Shown here: positions 44,673-54,015 of the stretch, piece after piece | Layout of the letters: the number at the start of each line of letters is the position of its first letter | Position numbering within the stretch: the stretch's first letter is position 1 | NCBI RefSeq assembly: GCF_000006765.1 | Contig: NC_002516.2 | Origin: Pseudomonas aeruginosa PAO1 | GTDB lineage: Bacteria; Pseudomonadota; Gammaproteobacteria; Pseudomonadales; Pseudomonadaceae | DNA length: 64,000 nucleotides | Strand: one strand, 5' to 3' | Notes under the pieces: generated by a model | The model's database searches: none | What the model saw: only the letters and a program-made list of their open reading frames with translations | What the model was told of the DNA's origin: nothing | Translations under genes and position numbers: made by a program

Positions 44673-45776
44673 ATGACCACGTACGCGCCCGGAGTCCCAC
44701 CACAGAACCGAAATCCGCAGTCCATCGGCTTCCTGCTGCTGGACAACTTCACCCTGATCTCCCTGGCCTCGGCGGTGGAACCGTTGCGCATGGCCAACCA
44801 GCTCTCGGGACGCGAACTCTACCGCTGGCATACGCTGAGCCTGGACGGCCGCCAGGTCTGGGCCAGCGACGGCCTGCAGATCACCCCCGACGCCGGTACC
44901 GACAACGCCCCGGCGGTGGATTGCGTGATCGTCTGCGGCGGCGTCGGCATCCAGCGCAGCGTCACCCGCGAGCACGTCACTTTCCTCCAGGCCCAGGCCC
45001 GCCAGGGTCGGCGCCTCGGCGCGGTGTGCACCGGCAGTTGGGCGCTGGCCCGCGCCGGCCTGCTCGACGGCTACGATTGCAGCGTGCACTGGGAATGCCT
45101 GGCGGCGATGCAGGAAGCCTTCCCCCGGGTGGCCATGAGCACCCGCCTGTTCTCCATCGACCGCAACCGCTTCACCTCTTCCGGCGGCACCGCGCCGATG
45201 GACATGATGCTGCACCTGATCGGCCGCGAGCATGGCCGCGAGCTGTCGGCGGCGATCTCCGAGATGTTCATCTACGAGCGCATCCGCAACGAGCAGGACC
45301 ACCAGCGCGTGCCGCTCAAGCACATGCTCGGCACCAACCAGCCGAAGTTGCAGGAGATCGTCGCGCTGATGGAGGCCAACCTGGAGGAACCGATCGACCT
45401 CGACGAACTGGCGGTCTACGTCAACGTCTCGCGTCGCCAGCTCGAGCGGCTGTTCCAGAAGTACCTGCACTGCTCGCCGTCGCGCTACTACCTGAAGCTG
45501 CGCCTGATCCGCGCCCGCCAGTTGCTCAAGCAGACGTCCATGTCGATCATCGAGGTGGCCTCGGTCTGCGGCTTCGTCTCCACCCCGCACTTCTCCAAGT
45601 GCTACCGCGAGTACTTCGGCATCCCGCCGCGCGACGAGCGCCAGGGCCAGCCGCTGGGCCAGCCGGTGGTGCTGATGCCGATCCCGCAGGACCTGGCGTT
45701 GATGCCCAACTCCTCGGCGCTGTCGGCCCTGAGCCAGGCGCAGGGCGAGTCGACCTTCGCCAGCGTGCGGATCTGA
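44673..45776 (+). CDS. gbdR: Glycine betaine-responsive AraC/GATase1 regulator
   Basis: DJ-1/GATase-like N-terminal domain (EPLRMAN, GAVCTGSW) and AraC HTHs; bet/cbc context. Confidence 0.92.
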   Translation: MTTYAPGVPPQNRNPQSIGFLLLDNFTLISLASAVEPLRMANQLSGRELYRWHTLSLDGRQVWASDGLQITPDAGTDNAPAVDCVIVCGGVGIQRSVTREHVTFLQAQARQGRRLGAVCTGSWALARAGLLDGYDCSVHWECLAAMQEAFPRVAMSTRLFSIDRNRFTSSGGTAPMDMMLHLIGREHGRELSAAISEMFIYERIRNEQDHQRVPLKHMLGTNQPKLQEIVALMEANLEEPIDLDELAVYVNVSRRQLERLFQKYLHCSPSRYYLKLRLIRARQLLKQTSMSIIEVASVCGFVSTPHFSKCYREYFGIPPRDERQGQPLGQPVVLMPIPQDLALMPNSSALSALSQAQGESTFASVRI

Positions 45777-45822
45777 CGGCGCGTCCCTGCCCGCCCCATC
45801 CACGGGAGCGGGCAGGGCCTTG

Positions 45823-46071
45823 TCAGCCCCGCGGCACCAGCGCCGGCAGCAATTGCCGGGAAATCGCCTCGCGCACCGCCGGGAGCAGCGTGGCGTGCCC
45901 GCCGAGCATGTCCTCCACCAGCCGCCGCAGCGCCTGGGCGCGCTCCGGGCTGAGGCCGCGCACGGCGTATTCGCAGGCCTGCTCCGGAGTCGAGTCCGGC
46001 GGCACGCTGAAGCCCAGCGCCTGCAGGCGTTCGCGGAAATCGTCCTGGTCGATCAGATCGGCGTGCATCAT
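45823..46071 (-). CDS. Small hypothetical protein (82 aa)
   Basis: AAGGAG SD 8 nt before ATG 46071; typical codon usage. A shared hairpin at about 45786-45817 separates it from gbdR. Confidence 0.6.
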   Translation of the reverse strand: MMHADLIDQDDFRERLQALGFSVPPDSTPEQACEYAVRGLSPERAQALRRLVEDMLGGHATLLPAVREAISRQLLPALVPRG

Positions 46072-46339
46072 CGCGGCAGCTCCTTCGATGGGGATTGCCA
46101 TCGATTCTGCTGAGCCCACGTCGCTCCCGGCAAGGGGGCTGTCCCGCCTGGACATGGGCAGGTCGTTTTCGGCTAATTCGACCGCCAGCGACACCGCCAC
46201 AATCGCCTCCAGCGGCTTGCGGAATGCAGCGGACGGCTTCCGGAAAACGCCAGACTCACACTGAGGGCCGTTCCTGGCTCCTTTTTCATCCCCCTCCGCG
46301 CGTCGGGCGCGGCAGGGGGATTTTTTTGCCGGAAGCCAG

Positions 46340-47233
46340 CTAGCCGGCGCCGAGTCCCGCCCGACAGTGTTCCCAGAAACGCTCGAAGCCCGGCGAGAGG
46401 AACTTGTCGCGCTGGCGCAGCATGTAGAAGCGCCGGCGCAACGGCGGCAGGCTGCTGCGCAGTTCGACCAGCGCGCCGGTGGCCAACTGTTCCTCGACCA
46501 CCCAGCGCGACAGGCAACTGATGCCCAGCCCGGCGGCGACGCTGTGCTTGATCGCCTCGGAGCTGCCCAGGTCCAGGCTGTCTTCCAGGTAATGCAGGTG
46601 GCCCAGCAGGGCGTGGCTGACCTCCTCGCGCGTGCCCGAGCCGGGCTCGCGCAGCAGCCAGCGCGCGCGGCGCAGGGCCTCGCGGGAGACCTGGGTGCGC
46701 GAGGCCAGCGGGTGGCCGGGCGCCGCCACCACGATCAGGCTGTCCTCGAGCCAGGGCTCCACCCGCAGGCCCGGCTCGTGGCAGGGGCCTTCGATGAGGC
46801 CGATGTCCGCCGCGAAGGTCACCACGTCCTGCACCGCCGAACCGGTGTTGCCGATGCTGGCGTTGACCCTCACGCCCGGCTGCTCCCGCTCGAAGGAGGC
46901 CAGCAGGCGCGGCAGCACGTAGTTGCCGATGGTGCTGCTGGCCGCCACCGTCAGGCTCGCCTGGGGCGCGGCGGAAACCGCGAACTGCTGCTCCAGTTGC
47001 GCCACCCCGTCGAGCAGGCGCAATGCCTGGGGCAGGAAGCGGCGGCCGACCTCGTTCAGTTGCAGGCGCTTGCCGACCCGGTCGAACAGGCGCGTGGAAA
47101 GCTGCGATTCCAGCTCGTTGAGCGCGGCGCTGGTGGCCGACTGCGACAGCGAGATGGATTCCGCCGCCGCCGTGGTACTGCCGCAGCGAGCCACCGCACA
47201 GAAGATCTGGAGCTGACGGAAACTGAGGGCCAT
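46340..47233 (-). CDS. LysR-family regulator (YeiE/CysL-like)
   Basis: LysR HTH (SLSQSATSAALNELE...LFDRVGKRL); divergent from a YeiH-like gene. Confidence 0.9.
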   Translation of the reverse strand: MALSFRQLQIFCAVARCGSTTAAAESISLSQSATSAALNELESQLSTRLFDRVGKRLQLNEVGRRFLPQALRLLDGVAQLEQQFAVSAAPQASLTVAASSTIGNYVLPRLLASFEREQPGVRVNASIGNTGSAVQDVVTFAADIGLIEGPCHEPGLRVEPWLEDSLIVVAAPGHPLASRTQVSREALRRARWLLREPGSGTREEVSHALLGHLHYLEDSLDLGSSEAIKHSVAAGLGISCLSRWVVEEQLATGALVELRSSLPPLRRRFYMLRQRDKFLSPGFERFWEHCRAGLGAG

Positions 47234-47340
47234 GGACTCACCTACCTGTTTTTCAGGTATTTAATACAGAAACTATTCGTTTCACAAATTCATGCCCGCT
47301 ACCTAACCTGCGTCCCGTGACCTCACCTGAGGAGCGAAGG

Positions 47341-48408
47341 ATGCACACCCTCCCCGTCAAGACCGGTACCAGACCCCTGGCCCAGGTCCAGAAACTCATC
47401 CCCGGCCTGCTGCTCAGCGCCGCCCTGGCCGGCGTGGCGATCCTCCTGGGTCGTTCGCAATGGTTGCAGCACAACGGCATCAGCGCGCTGACCCTGGCCA
47501 TCGTGCTCGGCATCCTCGTCGGCAACACCCTGTACCCTCGGATCGCCGCCGGCAGCGCCGCCGGCGTCGGCTTCTCCAAGCAGATCCTGCTGCGCGCCGG
47601 GATCATCCTCTACGGCCTGCGCCTGACCTTCCAGGACATCGCCGGCGTCGGATTGCACGGCGTGCTGCTGGACGCCCTGATGCTCGCCAGCACCTTCGGC
47701 CTGGCGTGCCTGCTCGGCACCCGGCTGTTCGGCCTGGACCGCACCACCACCCTGCTGATCGGCGCCGGCAGTTCGATCTGCGGCGCCGCCGCGGTGATGG
47801 CCACCGAGCCGGTCGTGCGTGGCCGCGCCGAACAGGTCGCGGTGGCGGTTTCCACCGTGGTGGTGTTCGGCACCCTGGGCATCTTCCTCTATCCGGCGCT
47901 GTTCCAGCTCGACCAGGACTGGGGGCTGCTACCGCGCGACCCTGGCACCTGGGGCGTGTACATCGGTGCCACGGTGCACGAGGTGGCCCAGGTGGTCGCC
48001 GCGGGTCGCTCGATCGGCATCGAGGCAGCGGATACCGCAGTGATCGCCAAGATGGTCCGGGTAATGATGTTGGCGCCCTTCCTGATCCTGCTCTCGGCCT
48101 GGCTGGCACGCGACAAGGCGCACCGCCGGCAGCACAGCGGCGCGACCAAGATCACCATTCCCTGGTTCGCCGTCGGCTTCGTACTGGTCGCCGGGCTCAA
48201 CTCGCTGGTCAGCCTGCCGCCGGCGCTGGTCAGCCACGTCAACGACCTCGACACCTTCCTCCTGGCCATGGCAATGGCCGGCCTCGGCCTCGGCACGCAC
48301 CTCTCGGCGATCCGCCGCGCCGGCCTCAAGCCGCTGCTGCTGGCCGCCCTGCTATTCGCCTGGCTGGTGCTCGGCGGTGGATTCCTCACCCGCCTGGCGC
48401 TCGCCTGA
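47341..48408 (+). CDS. YeiH-family (PSE) membrane protein
   Basis: GSSICGAAA, HEVAQVVAAG and KMVRVMML motifs. Confidence 0.9.
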   Translation: MHTLPVKTGTRPLAQVQKLIPGLLLSAALAGVAILLGRSQWLQHNGISALTLAIVLGILVGNTLYPRIAAGSAAGVGFSKQILLRAGIILYGLRLTFQDIAGVGLHGVLLDALMLASTFGLACLLGTRLFGLDRTTTLLIGAGSSICGAAAVMATEPVVRGRAEQVAVAVSTVVVFGTLGIFLYPALFQLDQDWGLLPRDPGTWGVYIGATVHEVAQVVAAGRSIGIEAADTAVIAKMVRVMMLAPFLILLSAWLARDKAHRRQHSGATKITIPWFAVGFVLVAGLNSLVSLPPALVSHVNDLDTFLLAMAMAGLGLGTHLSAIRRAGLKPLLLAALLFAWLVLGGGFLTRLALA

Positions 48409-49347
48409 GTCCTCCGCCAGGAAGCCCTGCACGGCCCGCCGCAAGGCCTCGTGCAGGGCTTCCACCTCATCGATGCCGTGGCCGCGCAGGCAGCCATGGA
48501 CCAGCCCGCTTCCCGGATAGAACCCTGCCTCGCCACCCGCCGCGCGTAGCGCTGCGCCATAGCGCTCGCCGTCGTCGCGCAGCGGATCGAATTCGGCAAC
48601 CGCCACGAAGGCCGGCGGCAGGCCAGTGAAATCAGCGGCCTCCAGGGGTAGCGCCAGCGGCTGTCGGTGCAGCGCCGCCAGCGGCAGGTAGGCGTCCAGG
48701 CACGCCTGCACATCGCCGAGGCCGAGCAACGGCGCGTCGGCGCAGTCGATCCGCGAGGGCGATGGCGCAGCGGACAGCAAGGGATAGAGCAATATCTGCG
48801 CGGCCGGCGACGGCGCGCCGCCATCGCGCAGTGCCAGGCACAGCGCCGCCGCCAGGTTGCCGCCGGCGCTGTCGCCGGCCACCAGCAGGCGTCGCCCATC
48901 CAGCGCTTCGTCCAGCTCGCCCAGGCTCAGCGCCTGCCAGGCACGCAGGCAATCCTGCAATGCCGCCGGGAACGGATGCTCCGGCGCCAGTCGGTAATCC
49001 ACCGCCAGCACCAGCAGGCCCAGGCGCGCCGCCAGGTCGGCGCAGATGAAATCGTGTGAATCGAGGCCGCCGAGCATCCAGCCGCCACCGTGCAGGTAGA
49101 GCAGCGCCGGCCAGCCACCGGGCGGTGCCGGGCGGTCGGGGCGATAGCGGCGCACGCGCACCGGCGGCGCGGCCGGCAAGCAGGAGTCGAGCACCCGCAA
49201 ACCGGCCGGGCGCGGCGGCGCGAACGCCTGGCACATCCGCGCGTAGGCCGCACGTTGCGCATCCAGGCGCGGACTGTCGCTGGCGAACGCCCGGCTGTGC
49301 TCGACGAAGCGCCACATCGCCGGAGACAGCGGATACTTCGCAGCCAT
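48352..49347 (-). CDS. hocS: HSL-family alpha/beta hydrolase (short-chain acylcarnitine hydrolase)
   Basis: HGGGW, GDSAGG, FDPLRDDG and HG motifs; last gene of the carnitine operon. Confidence 0.82.
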   Translation of the reverse strand: MAAKYPLSPAMWRFVEHSRAFASDSPRLDAQRAAYARMCQAFAPPRPAGLRVLDSCLPAAPPVRVRRYRPDRPAPPGGWPALLYLHGGGWMLGGLDSHDFICADLAARLGLLVLAVDYRLAPEHPFPAALQDCLRAWQALSLGELDEALDGRRLLVAGDSAGGNLAAALCLALRDGGAPSPAAQILLYPLLSAAPSPSRIDCADAPLLGLGDVQACLDAYLPLAALHRQPLALPLEAADFTGLPPAFVAVAEFDPLRDDGERYGAALRAAGGEAGFYPGSGLVHGCLRGHGIDEVEALHEALRRAVQGFLAEDSGERQAGEESTAEHQPGE

Positions 49348-49352
49348 CGCGC

Positions 49353-49832
49353 TCAGCGCACCGGCGGCAGGCCGATCACCCGACCGACACCTTCCGGCAC
49401 GGGGAGCGCGCGATGTGCCTCGGCGAGCGCCTCGACCCGCGCCAGCACCTCGCCTTCGAACGGTGCCGAGCGCGGGCCGTCGAGGCTGACGTGGAGCAGC
49501 ATCTGCTCGCTCAGCGCCAGCGCCTGCCCGCTGCCAGGCAGGTACAGGGCATGGTGGATATGCAGGCGCTTGCGATCGTGACCGAGCAGTTGCGTGCGCA
49601 CCTCGACCCTGGCGCCCTCCTTCACCTCATGGAGGAAGTTCAGGTGGCATTCCAGGGTGAACAGCGAGTGTCCGCTGGCGTCGCGGTTCTGGCTGTCCAG
49701 GCCGATATGCGCCATCAGCGCATCGGTGGCGTAGCTGAACACCAGCAGGTAGAACGCATCGCGCAAGTGGCCGTTGTAGTCCACCCACTCGGGCAGGACC
49801 GGCGTCTCGTAGGTCGTCAGGACTTGGCTCAT
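49353..49832 (-). CDS. cdhB: Thioesterase of the carnitine pathway
   Basis: WVDYNGHL hotdog thioesterase motif; follows carnitine dehydrogenase. Confidence 0.85.
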   Translation of the reverse strand: MSQVLTTYETPVLPEWVDYNGHLRDAFYLLVFSYATDALMAHIGLDSQNRDASGHSLFTLECHLNFLHEVKEGARVEVRTQLLGHDRKRLHIHHALYLPGSGQALALSEQMLLHVSLDGPRSAPFEGEVLARVEALAEAHRALPVPEGVGRVIGLPPVR

Positions 49833-49882
49833 GGCAGGCTCCGTGGTTGCGCTACGCCCGGCGGGGCGGAAGGCGCGTCATG

Positions 49883-50848
49883 TCACTCGGCGAAGGCGAA
49901 GCCGTGCCGGGCCTTGGTTTCCCTGATCGCCCCGAGCACCGCCAGCAGGCAGTCGTCGCGGTAGCGCTCGAGCTCGGCGATGCTGCGCGCGCCCTGCTGC
50001 TCGGCGGTGCCCTCCACCACCCGGTCGATCAGGGCCTCGGTGAGTTCCGGCGCCGGCAGGTAGGTCCAGGGCAATTGCAGCGCCGGGCCGAACTGCGCCA
50101 TGAAGTGGCGCATGCCGGCGTTGCCACCGGCCAGGGTGTAGGTCAGGAAGGTGCCCATGAACGACCAGCGCAGGCCGGCGCCGAAGCGGATCGCATCGTC
50201 GATCTCGCCGGTCGTGGCCACGCCGTCGTTGACCAGGTGCAGCGCCTCGCGCCAGAGCGCCTCGAGCAAGCGGTCGGCGATGAAGCCGGGCACTTCCTTG
50301 CGTACGTGCAGCGGACGCATGCCCAGCGATTCGTAGACCCGCATCGCCGCCCGCACGGCCTCGGCAGCGGTGCGTTCACCGCCGACCACCTCCACCAGCG
50401 GCAGCAGGTAGACCGGGTTGAACGGGTGGCCGACCAGGCAGCGCTCGGGGTGGCTCGCCTCGGCGTAGAACTCGCTGGGCAGCAGGCCCGAGGTGGAGGA
50501 ACCGATCAGCACGTCGGGCCGCGCCGCGGCGCTGATCCTGGCGTGCAGGTCGAGCTTCAGGTCGAGCCGCTCGGGGGCGCTCTCCTGGATGAAATCGGCG
50601 TCGCCCACGCATTCCTCGATGCTCGCGACGAAGCGCAGGCGCTCCTGCGCCGCGCCGGGCGCCAGGCCCTGTTTCCGCAAGGCCGGCCAGGCATTGGCGA
50701 CGCGCGCGCGCAACGCCGCTTCGGCGCCCGGCGCCGGATCCCAGGCGACGACGTCGAGGCCGTGGGCCAGGGCGCGGGCGATCCAGCCGCTGCCGATGAC
50801 GCCGCTACCGAGGGCGGCGAAGGTCTTGATCTCGGTGACGAAGGACAT
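49883..50848 (-). CDS. cdhA: L-carnitine 3-dehydrogenase
   Basis: [26 protein letters not shown] and GAGLRW motifs. Confidence 0.92.
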   Translation of the reverse strand: MSFVTEIKTFAALGSGVIGSGWIARALAHGLDVVAWDPAPGAEAALRARVANAWPALRKQGLAPGAAQERLRFVASIEECVGDADFIQESAPERLDLKLDLHARISAAARPDVLIGSSTSGLLPSEFYAEASHPERCLVGHPFNPVYLLPLVEVVGGERTAAEAVRAAMRVYESLGMRPLHVRKEVPGFIADRLLEALWREALHLVNDGVATTGEIDDAIRFGAGLRWSFMGTFLTYTLAGGNAGMRHFMAQFGPALQLPWTYLPAPELTEALIDRVVEGTAEQQGARSIAELERYRDDCLLAVLGAIRETKARHGFAFAE

Positions 50849-50898
50849 GGACATCTCCAGAAGTTGTTCCCGCCCCCGACGGGGCGGGGAGGAAGAAA

Positions 50899-51783
50899 TC
50901 AGCGCGGCTTCAGGTTCATCCTGCGGCGCCCTTCCGCCGGGCTCAGGGCGCGCCCGCCGAGGCGCTCGATGATCTCGATGGCGCGCTCCACCAGGCTGCC
51001 GTTGCTCGCCGGCACGCCCTTGTCCAGCCAGATGTTGTCCTCCAGGCCGACCCGCACGTTGCCGCCCAGCAACATGGCCTGGGCGACCATCGGCATCTGC
51101 GTGCGGCCGATGCCGAAGCCGGCCCAGGTCGCCCCCGGCGGCAGGTTGTCGGCCATCGCCTTCATGGTCGTGGTATCGGCCGGCGCGCCCCAGGGAATGC
51201 CCAGGCAGATCTGGAACAGCGGATCCTCCAGCAGCCCTTCCTTGAGCATCTGCTTGGCGAACCAGAGGTGGCCGGTATCGAAGATTTCCAGCTCGGCCTT
51301 GACCCCCAGCTCGGTGATGCGCCGGGCGCCGGCGCGCAGTTGCGCAGGGGTGGAGACGTAGATGTAGTCGCCGTCGCCGAAATTGAGGGTGCCGCAGTCC
51401 AGGGTGCAGATTTCCGGCAGCAGCTCCTCGACATGCCTGAGCCGCTCCAGCGGGCCGACCAGGTCGGTGCCGGCACCGAACTCCAGGGGCTGCTCGCCCT
51501 TGCCGATCTCCAGGTCGCCGCCCATGCCGGCGGTGAGGTTGATGATCACATCGGTGTCGCTTTCGCGGATACGCTCGACCACTTCGCGGTACAGCGCCAC
51601 GTCGCGGCTGGGCTTGCCGGTGGCGGGGTCGCGGACATGGCAGTGGGCGACGGTGGCGCCGGCCCTGGCCGCCTCGATGGCGGCCTCGGCAATCTGTTTC
51701 GGGGTGACCGGGATCGCCGGATGCCGGCCGACGGTATCGCCGGCGCCGGTCACCGCGCAGGTGACGATGACTTCATGGTTCAC
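50899..51783 (-). CDS. cdhC: 3-dehydrocarnitine cleavage enzyme (BKACE/DUF849)
   Basis: GTG start; [16 protein letters not shown] and RVGLEDN motifs. Confidence 0.9.
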
Positions 51784-51855
51784 GGTGGTAGCTTCCTGTA
51801 TTCGGGGTGTACGAAGCCCCGCCCGGCCGCGCCGGGCGGAACGGATAGGTGCGGG

Positions 51856-52794
51856 TTACTTCAGCGAGGCCTGGAGCGCGGCCAGGCCGTCCTTGCCGTC
51901 GAAGGTGCTCACGCCATCCAGCCAGGCCTTCAGCGGCTCGGGGTTGGCCTTCAGCCACTGCCGCGCGGCGTCGAGGGGCTGGGTGCGATCGAGGATCGGC
52001 GCCATCACCTGGCTGACCTGGGCGCTGCTGAAGCGCAGGTTGTGCAGCAGCCGGGCGACGTTGCCGCACTGCGCCTGGTAGCCGGCGGCGGTCATGGTGG
52101 AGACGGTGGCCGCGCCTTCGTCGGGACCGAACACATCCTCGCTGCCGGTGAGGTAGGTCATGTCGATCTGCAGGTTCATCGGATGCGGCTTCCAGCCGAA
52201 GAACACCACCCACTGCTTGCGCTTGATCGCCCGCTTCACCGCCGTGAGCATCCCGGCCTCGCTGGACTCCACCAGCTGGAAGCCCTTCAGGCCGAAACGG
52301 TTGTCGTCGATCATCTTCCGGGTGATGCGGTTCGAGCCGCTGCCCGGCTCGATAGCGTAGATGCGGCCGCCAAGCTTGTCCTTGAAGCGGGCGATGTCGG
52401 CGAAGGTCTTCAGCCCGCCCTCGGCGACGTAGCTCGGCACCGCATAGGTGGACTGCGCGTCGGCCAGGGTCGGCGGCTCGATCACTTCGATCCGGCCTTT
52501 GTCCAGGTAAGGCCTGGCGACCGGCTGCATGGTCGGTTGCCAGTAGCCGAGGAACAGGTCCAGCTGCTTGTCGGCCAGGCCGGCCAGGACGATCTGTTGC
52601 GAGGCGCTGGTCTGCTTCACCTGGTAGCCCAGGCCGTCGAGCAAGGCTTCGGCCACGGCGCTGCTGGCGACCACGTCGGTCCAGTTCACCGTGCCCAGGC
52701 GCACCGTGCGGCACTGCTCGGGTTCGGCGGCCAGGGCGGCGCCACTGGCCAGGATCAGCAGGGCGCAGCCCAGCTGGCGAATCGTCGTCTTCAT
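51856..52794 (-). CDS. caiX: Carnitine-binding periplasmic protein
   Basis: Signal peptide; VNWTD, FLGYWQP and FFGWKPHPMN. A paralogue of CbcX with no permease of its own. Confidence 0.9.
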   Translation of the reverse strand: MKTTIRQLGCALLILASGAALAAEPEQCRTVRLGTVNWTDVVASSAVAEALLDGLGYQVKQTSASQQIVLAGLADKQLDLFLGYWQPTMQPVARPYLDKGRIEVIEPPTLADAQSTYAVPSYVAEGGLKTFADIARFKDKLGGRIYAIEPGSGSNRITRKMIDDNRFGLKGFQLVESSEAGMLTAVKRAIKRKQWVVFFGWKPHPMNLQIDMTYLTGSEDVFGPDEGAATVSTMTAAGYQAQCGNVARLLHNLRFSSAQVSQVMAPILDRTQPLDAARQWLKANPEPLKAWLDGVSTFDGKDGLAALQASLK

Positions 52795-52901
52795 CGGTCT
52801 CCCCTCGTGCGGCTATTGATTGTTTTTCTGCGAGGTGGGCGCCGGCCCCTTGCGAGACCGACCCTGGCGACCAAGGTACGCAGCCGGGACGGCGGCGAAG
52901 C

Positions 52902-52936
52902 GCACTGCGGCGACCAGCTCTTGCACTGCAGCGACC
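52902..52936 (-). promoter_or_regulatory. CdhR-type direct repeat (GGTCGC-N15-GGTCGC)
   Basis: GCACTGCGGCGACC (52902-52915) and GCACTGCAGCGACC (52923-52936), 21-bp period, in the caiX-cdhR intergenic region. Confidence 0.72.
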
Positions 52937-53004
52937 TGGCCATTGCCAAGCGCGGCGGGCCTGCGCTACACACAGGCTGCGCAACCTCAACCCCGGAGCG
53001 CCCC

Positions 53005-54015
53005 ATGTCCCAGGACTTCTGGTTTCTCCTGCTGCCCGGCTTCTCGGTAATGGGCTTCGTTTCCGCCGTGGAGCCACTGCGAGTGGCCAACCGCTTCCAC
53101 GCCGACCTCTACCGCTGGCACGTGCTCAGCGCCGACGGCGGTCCGGTGCTGGCCAGCAATGGCATGTCGGTGAACAGCGACGGCGCGCTGGAGCCGTTGA
53201 AGAAAGGCGACCTGCTGTTCGTGGTGGCCGGTTTCGAGCCGCTGCGGGCGGTCACCCCGGCACTGGTGCAGTGGCTGCGCAAGCTCGATCGCAACGGCGT
53301 GACCCTCGGTGGCATCGATACCGGCAGCGTGGTGCTGGCCGAGGCCGGTCTGCTCGACGGGCGCCGCGCGACCCTGCACTGGGAAGCCATCGACGCCTTC
53401 CAGGAGTCCTACCCGCAACTGAGCGTGACCCAGGAGCTGTTCGAGATCGACGGTCCGCGCATCACCTCGGCCGGCGGCACCGCCTCCATCGACCTGATGC
53501 TCGACCTGATCGCCCAGGCCCACGGTCCGCAACTGGCGGTGCAGGTTTCCGAGCAGTTCGTGCTCGGCCGCATCCGCCCGCGCCAGGACCACCAGCGCCT
53601 GCAGGTGGCGACCCGCTATGGCGTGAGCAACCGCAAGCTGGTGCAGGTGATCGGCGAGATGGAGCGGCATACCGAGCCGCCACTGACCACCCTGGAGCTG
53701 GCCGAGCGCATCCAGGTCACCCGCCGCCAGCTGGAACGGCTGTTCCGCGTGCACCTGGACGACACGCCCTCGAACTTCTACCTCGGCCTGCGCCTGGACA
53801 AGGCCCGCCAGTTGCTGCGCCAGACCGACCTCAGCGTGCTACAGGTGAGCCTGGCCTGCGGCTTCGAGTCGCCGTCGTACTTCTCCCGCAGCTACCGCGC
53901 GCGCTTCGCCGCCAGTCCCAGCCAGGATCGCGCGGTGCTGCCGCTCAAGGCTCCCGCAGCCACGCCGCCAGGCGCGCCAGCAGGGCATCGCACGCCTCGA
54001 GCTGAGCGAGGCTGA
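53005..54015 (+). CDS. cdhR: Carnitine-responsive AraC/GATase1 regulator
   Basis: MSQDFWF start; GbdR-like architecture; divergent from caiX. Confidence 0.9.
   Translation: MSQDFWFLLLPGFSVMGFVSAVEPLRVANRFHADLYRWHVLSADGGPVLASNGMSVNSDGALEPLKKGDLLFVVAGFEPLRAVTPALVQWLRKLDRNGVTLGGIDTGSVVLAEAGLLDGRRATLHWEAIDAFQESYPQLSVTQELFEIDGPRITSAGGTASIDLMLDLIAQAHGPQLAVQVSEQFVLGRIRPRQDHQRLQVATRYGVSNRKLVQVIGEMERHTEPPLTTLELAERIQVTRRQLERLFRVHLDDTPSNFYLGLRLDKARQLLRQTDLSVLQVSLACGFESPSYFSRSYRARFAASPSQDRAVLPLKAPAATPPGAPAGHRTPRAERG

Noticed and set aside
51268-53004. 915-aa ORF apparently extending cdhR
   Set aside because: The upstream part is antisense to cdhC and caiX. The AraC protein begins at ATG 53005.
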